From a bacterium (lineage in GTDB: Bacteria; Methylomirabilota; Methylomirabilia; CAVQYV01): a stretch of DNA of 20,159 nt. This document shows positions 17,806 through 20,159 of the stretch, piece after piece. How positions within the stretch are numbered: position 1 is the first letter of the stretch; each line of letters begins with the position of its first letter. The stretch spans positions 1 to 20,159 of the forward strand of contig JAZDMQ010000129.1 in assembly GCA_043800755.1 (NCBI GenBank), given 5' to 3'. The notes beneath the pieces are model-generated. The model saw only the letters and a program-made list of their open reading frames with translations, was not told the origin of the DNA and searched no databases. The position numbers and the translations under genes were made by a program.

Positions 17806-18950
17806 CCGGAAGAATGAAATTCGAGCTGCTCAGACAGGATCAGGAAACGCAGGCACGGCGGGGGAGGGTCCAGACCCCTCATGGCCGCATCGAGACCCCG
17901 GCCTTCATGCCCGTGGGGACCCAGGGGACGGTGAAGACCCTTTCCCCTCAGGAACTGGAGGATCTGGGGGCCCAGATCTTCCTGGCCAATACCTACCATC
18001 TCTATCTGCGCCCCGGGCATGAGATCATCTCCCAGCTGGGCGGGCTCCATGCCTTCGCCTCTTGGCCCCACCCCATCCTCACCGATAGCGGAGGCTATCA
18101 GGTCTTCAGCATGGCCCAGATCCGCAGGATCGCCGAAGAGGGGATCCACTTCCAATCCCACCTGGATGGCTCTTCCCACTTCCTCTCACCGGAGAGGGCG
18201 ATGGAGATCCAGGAGGCCCTGGGGGCCGATATCATCATGACCCTCGACGAGTGCACCCCCTACCCCGCCACCCATGACCACGCCAAGGCCTCGCTGGAGA
18301 TGACCGGCCGCTGGGCAGCCAGATGCCAAGAGGCCCACCGATCCAATGCCCAGGCCTTATTCGGCATTGCCCAGGGGGGGACCTTCCTCGATCTGCGAAA
18401 GCAGAGCATCGAGGACCTCCTGGAGCTCGATTTGGAGGGATATGCCCTGGGCGGCCTGAGCGTAGGAGAGAGTAAGGGCCAGATGTATGAAGTGGTTTCC
18501 GCCTGTGCCGGCCTCCTGCCCAGGGAGCGGCCGCGCTACCTCATGGGCGTGGGCACCCCGGAGGACCTCTTGGAGTGCGTCGGCTTCGGCATGGACCTCT
18601 TCGACTGCGTCATGCCCACCCGCCACGCCCGCAACGGCAGCCTGTTCACCCGCTCCGGCCGCATGAGCATCAAGAATACCAAATATGTCAAAGACCCGCG
18701 GCCCATCGACGAGGAGTGCGTCTGCTACGCCTGCCAGCGCTTTTCCCGGGCCTATCTCCGGCACCTCTTCCTGGCGGACGAGATCCTCGCCCTCCGCCTC
18801 AATACCTTGCACAACCTCCATTTCTACCTAACATTGATGCGGGGCGCCCGGGAGGCGATCGAGGGAGGATCTTTTCTGAGCTTCAAAGGGAGGACCCTCT
18901 CACAACTGAGGTCGCGGGAGGAAGGGGACTCAGCGGAAAGGTCAGGGTGA
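17802..18950 (+). CDS. tgt: tRNA-guanine transglycosylase
   Basis: [57 protein letters not shown], Zn site CxCxxC...HNL. Start ATG 17802 (ATGA overlap with queA) or 17814. Confidence 0.97.
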   Translation: MTGRMKFELLRQDQETQARRGRVQTPHGRIETPAFMPVGTQGTVKTLSPQELEDLGAQIFLANTYHLYLRPGHEIISQLGGLHAFASWPHPILTDSGGYQVFSMAQIRRIAEEGIHFQSHLDGSSHFLSPERAMEIQEALGADIIMTLDECTPYPATHDHAKASLEMTGRWAARCQEAHRSNAQALFGIAQGGTFLDLRKQSIEDLLELDLEGYALGGLSVGESKGQMYEVVSACAGLLPRERPRYLMGVGTPEDLLECVGFGMDLFDCVMPTRHARNGSLFTRSGRMSIKNTKYVKDPRPIDEECVCYACQRFSRAYLRHLFLADEILALRLNTLHNLHFYLTLMRGAREAIEGGSFLSFKGRTLSQLRSREEGDSAERSG

Positions 18951-19036
18951 GTCATCTTCGAAAAAGGGGTTGGAAAGAGCAACGCCTTGTGGTAATTTGA
19001 AGGCTAATCTCGGAAAAATAAGAAAGGAGATCAATC

Positions 19037-19363
19037 ATGAACCTGGCATACGCAATGGGGGCAGTCCCTTCCGGGGGCGGCGGAGGGATGGGGGGGTTAG
19101 GCGCATTCCTTCCCCTGATCCTGATGTTTGGGGTCTTTTACTTTCTCCTCATTCACCCCCAGAGAAAGAAGCAGAAGCAGCATCAGCAGATGCTGACGGA
19201 GCTGAAGCGGGGAGATCAGATCATCACCGCCGGTCCGATCCATGCCACCATCGAGGGCCTCACCGATACGGTGGTCAAGGTGAAGATCGCAGACAATGTC
19301 CTGATCGATATCCCCCGCAGTGCGATTGCAGCCAAGATCGGAGCGCCCGAGCCCAAGGGCTAA
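19037..19363 (+). CDS. yajC: Preprotein translocase subunit YajC
   Basis: FLPLILMFGVFYFLLIHPQRKKQKQHQQMLTELKRGDQIIT, VKVKIADNV. RBS AAGGAG. Canonical position after tgt. Confidence 0.95.
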   Translation: MNLAYAMGAVPSGGGGGMGGLGAFLPLILMFGVFYFLLIHPQRKKQKQHQQMLTELKRGDQIITAGPIHATIEGLTDTVVKVKIADNVLIDIPRSAIAAKIGAPEPKG

Positions 19364-19380
19364 GGCGCATGAAGCGCTGG

Positions 19381-19923
19381 CTATGGGCGGGCCGGGGAGA
19401 GCTGCTCCTGGTAATGGCACACGGAGTTATAGTGGGCCTTCCAATCTGGAGGCAGATGGGGCAGGAGGATCCTCCAGGCTTCGAGGATACACTCGATATA
19501 GCGCGGCGAAAGGTCCGCCTTCAGGGGGCAATAGGGGGCCCGATAGAACTCCACGGGCCCCGAGGGGGATTCGCTGAATCGGGGATAGAGGGGAAAGCTC
19601 CGGCAGTCGAAGGGACGAAAGGGCCGGATGCCACAGCCTTTGTAGAGCAAGAAGGGGCAGTTCTTCTGATAATCCATCATCCCATACCGGCCCGAGGGCA
19701 GCTCGATCTGCTGAAATGGATTCTCCCCCTCCGGCAGGCTGATCTTTTCCCTGATGTATTCCAACTCATAGGGGAGGAAGAGGACCGTCTCCGGCATCTG
19801 GGTCTCGCAGGCGCCGTTGCAGGAGCTGGCGCAGTCGAGCACCGCCTCCTCGGTGAGGCGATAGACCTCCTCGATGCGTTCGTTCATCTCCTGTTGCCGG
19901 TCTTCTTCGGAATTTGGTCTCAT
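19381..19923 (-). CDS. YkgJ-like cysteine-cluster (putative Zn/Fe-S-binding) protein
   Basis: CASSCNGAC...LPYE...CPFL...CGIRPFRPFDCRSFPLYP...YCP pattern resembles CxxCxxCC-family proteins (CPFL...C.I...RP..CR.FP). Confidence 0.72.
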   Translation of the reverse strand: MRPNSEEDRQQEMNERIEEVYRLTEEAVLDCASSCNGACETQMPETVLFLPYELEYIREKISLPEGENPFQQIELPSGRYGMMDYQKNCPFLLYKGCGIRPFRPFDCRSFPLYPRFSESPSGPVEFYRAPYCPLKADLSPRYIECILEAWRILLPHLPPDWKAHYNSVCHYQEQLSPARP

Positions 19924-20089
19924 TTCATTCGTATCCCATTAAATGGCATCACATCCTATGCGACTGCGAGGATTTTTTCCAGAGAAATCTTAGTCCCCAG
20001 AACCATCGGGGTCTTTTCCTCGGCTCGATCTGCGATTCCGGCAACCGCCGGATTGGGGTTCACTTTTGAATGGGGAGGAGGACGCTAAA

Positions 20090-20159
20090 ATGGGAAAAGC
20101 AAGACTGCTGGCAACCTTAGCCCTGGTCATCTTTTCTGCTTTTTGCATCGTCTCTTCTG
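20090..20159 (+). CDS. 5' end of a secreted or membrane protein, truncated by the window edge
   Basis: Strong RBS GGAGGAGG (20074-20081), ATG 20090, MGKARLLATLALVIFSAFCIVSS (basic then hydrophobic). Identity cannot be assigned; secD is possible by context only. Confidence 0.6.
   Translation, partial: MGKARLLATLALVIFSAFCIVSS

Noticed and set aside
4454-18821. Numerous 60-215 aa antisense or out-of-frame ORFs over core genes
   Set aside because: Expected shadows of GC-rich coding sequence. Each overlaps a confidently identified gene.
18970-20088. 372-aa plus-strand ORF
   Set aside because: Overlaps yajC out of frame and is antisense to the YkgJ-like gene. It has no recognisable motifs and looks like a GC-rich shadow ORF.

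Overview
Bacterial, GC-rich (about 55-62% by eye) chromosomal window in three parts. (1) 1-~4700 is a slightly more AT-rich, partly decayed accessory segment. It holds an intact CusR/CusS-like heavy-metal two-component system, two diverged copies of a CusR/CopR-box-like promoter cassette with no intact target gene, a triply frameshifted ABC-ATPase remnant, a zinc-ribbon class I SAM methyltransferase and a frameshifted YkvA/DUF1232 gene. (2) 4705-11740 is on the minus strand: a tightly coupled operon (HAMP-only membrane protein, MMPL/RND exporter, DedA, DUF47, PiT phosphate transporter) and an ACT-domain DAHP synthase. (3) 11905-20159 is the conserved yebC-ruvC-ruvA-ruvB-queH-DUF2905-spoIID-queA-tgt-yajC cluster, followed by an antisense YkgJ-like Cys-cluster gene and the start of another gene. 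The most notable observation is in the DAHP synthase leader. It contains an unannotated 30-codon TTG-start leader peptide with a Trp-Gln-Phe-Tyr-Phe cluster, coupled to mutually exclusive hairpins and two tandem terminators. This looks like a ribosome-mediated attenuator sensing all three aromatic amino acids. All calls come from reading the sequence; no searches were run.
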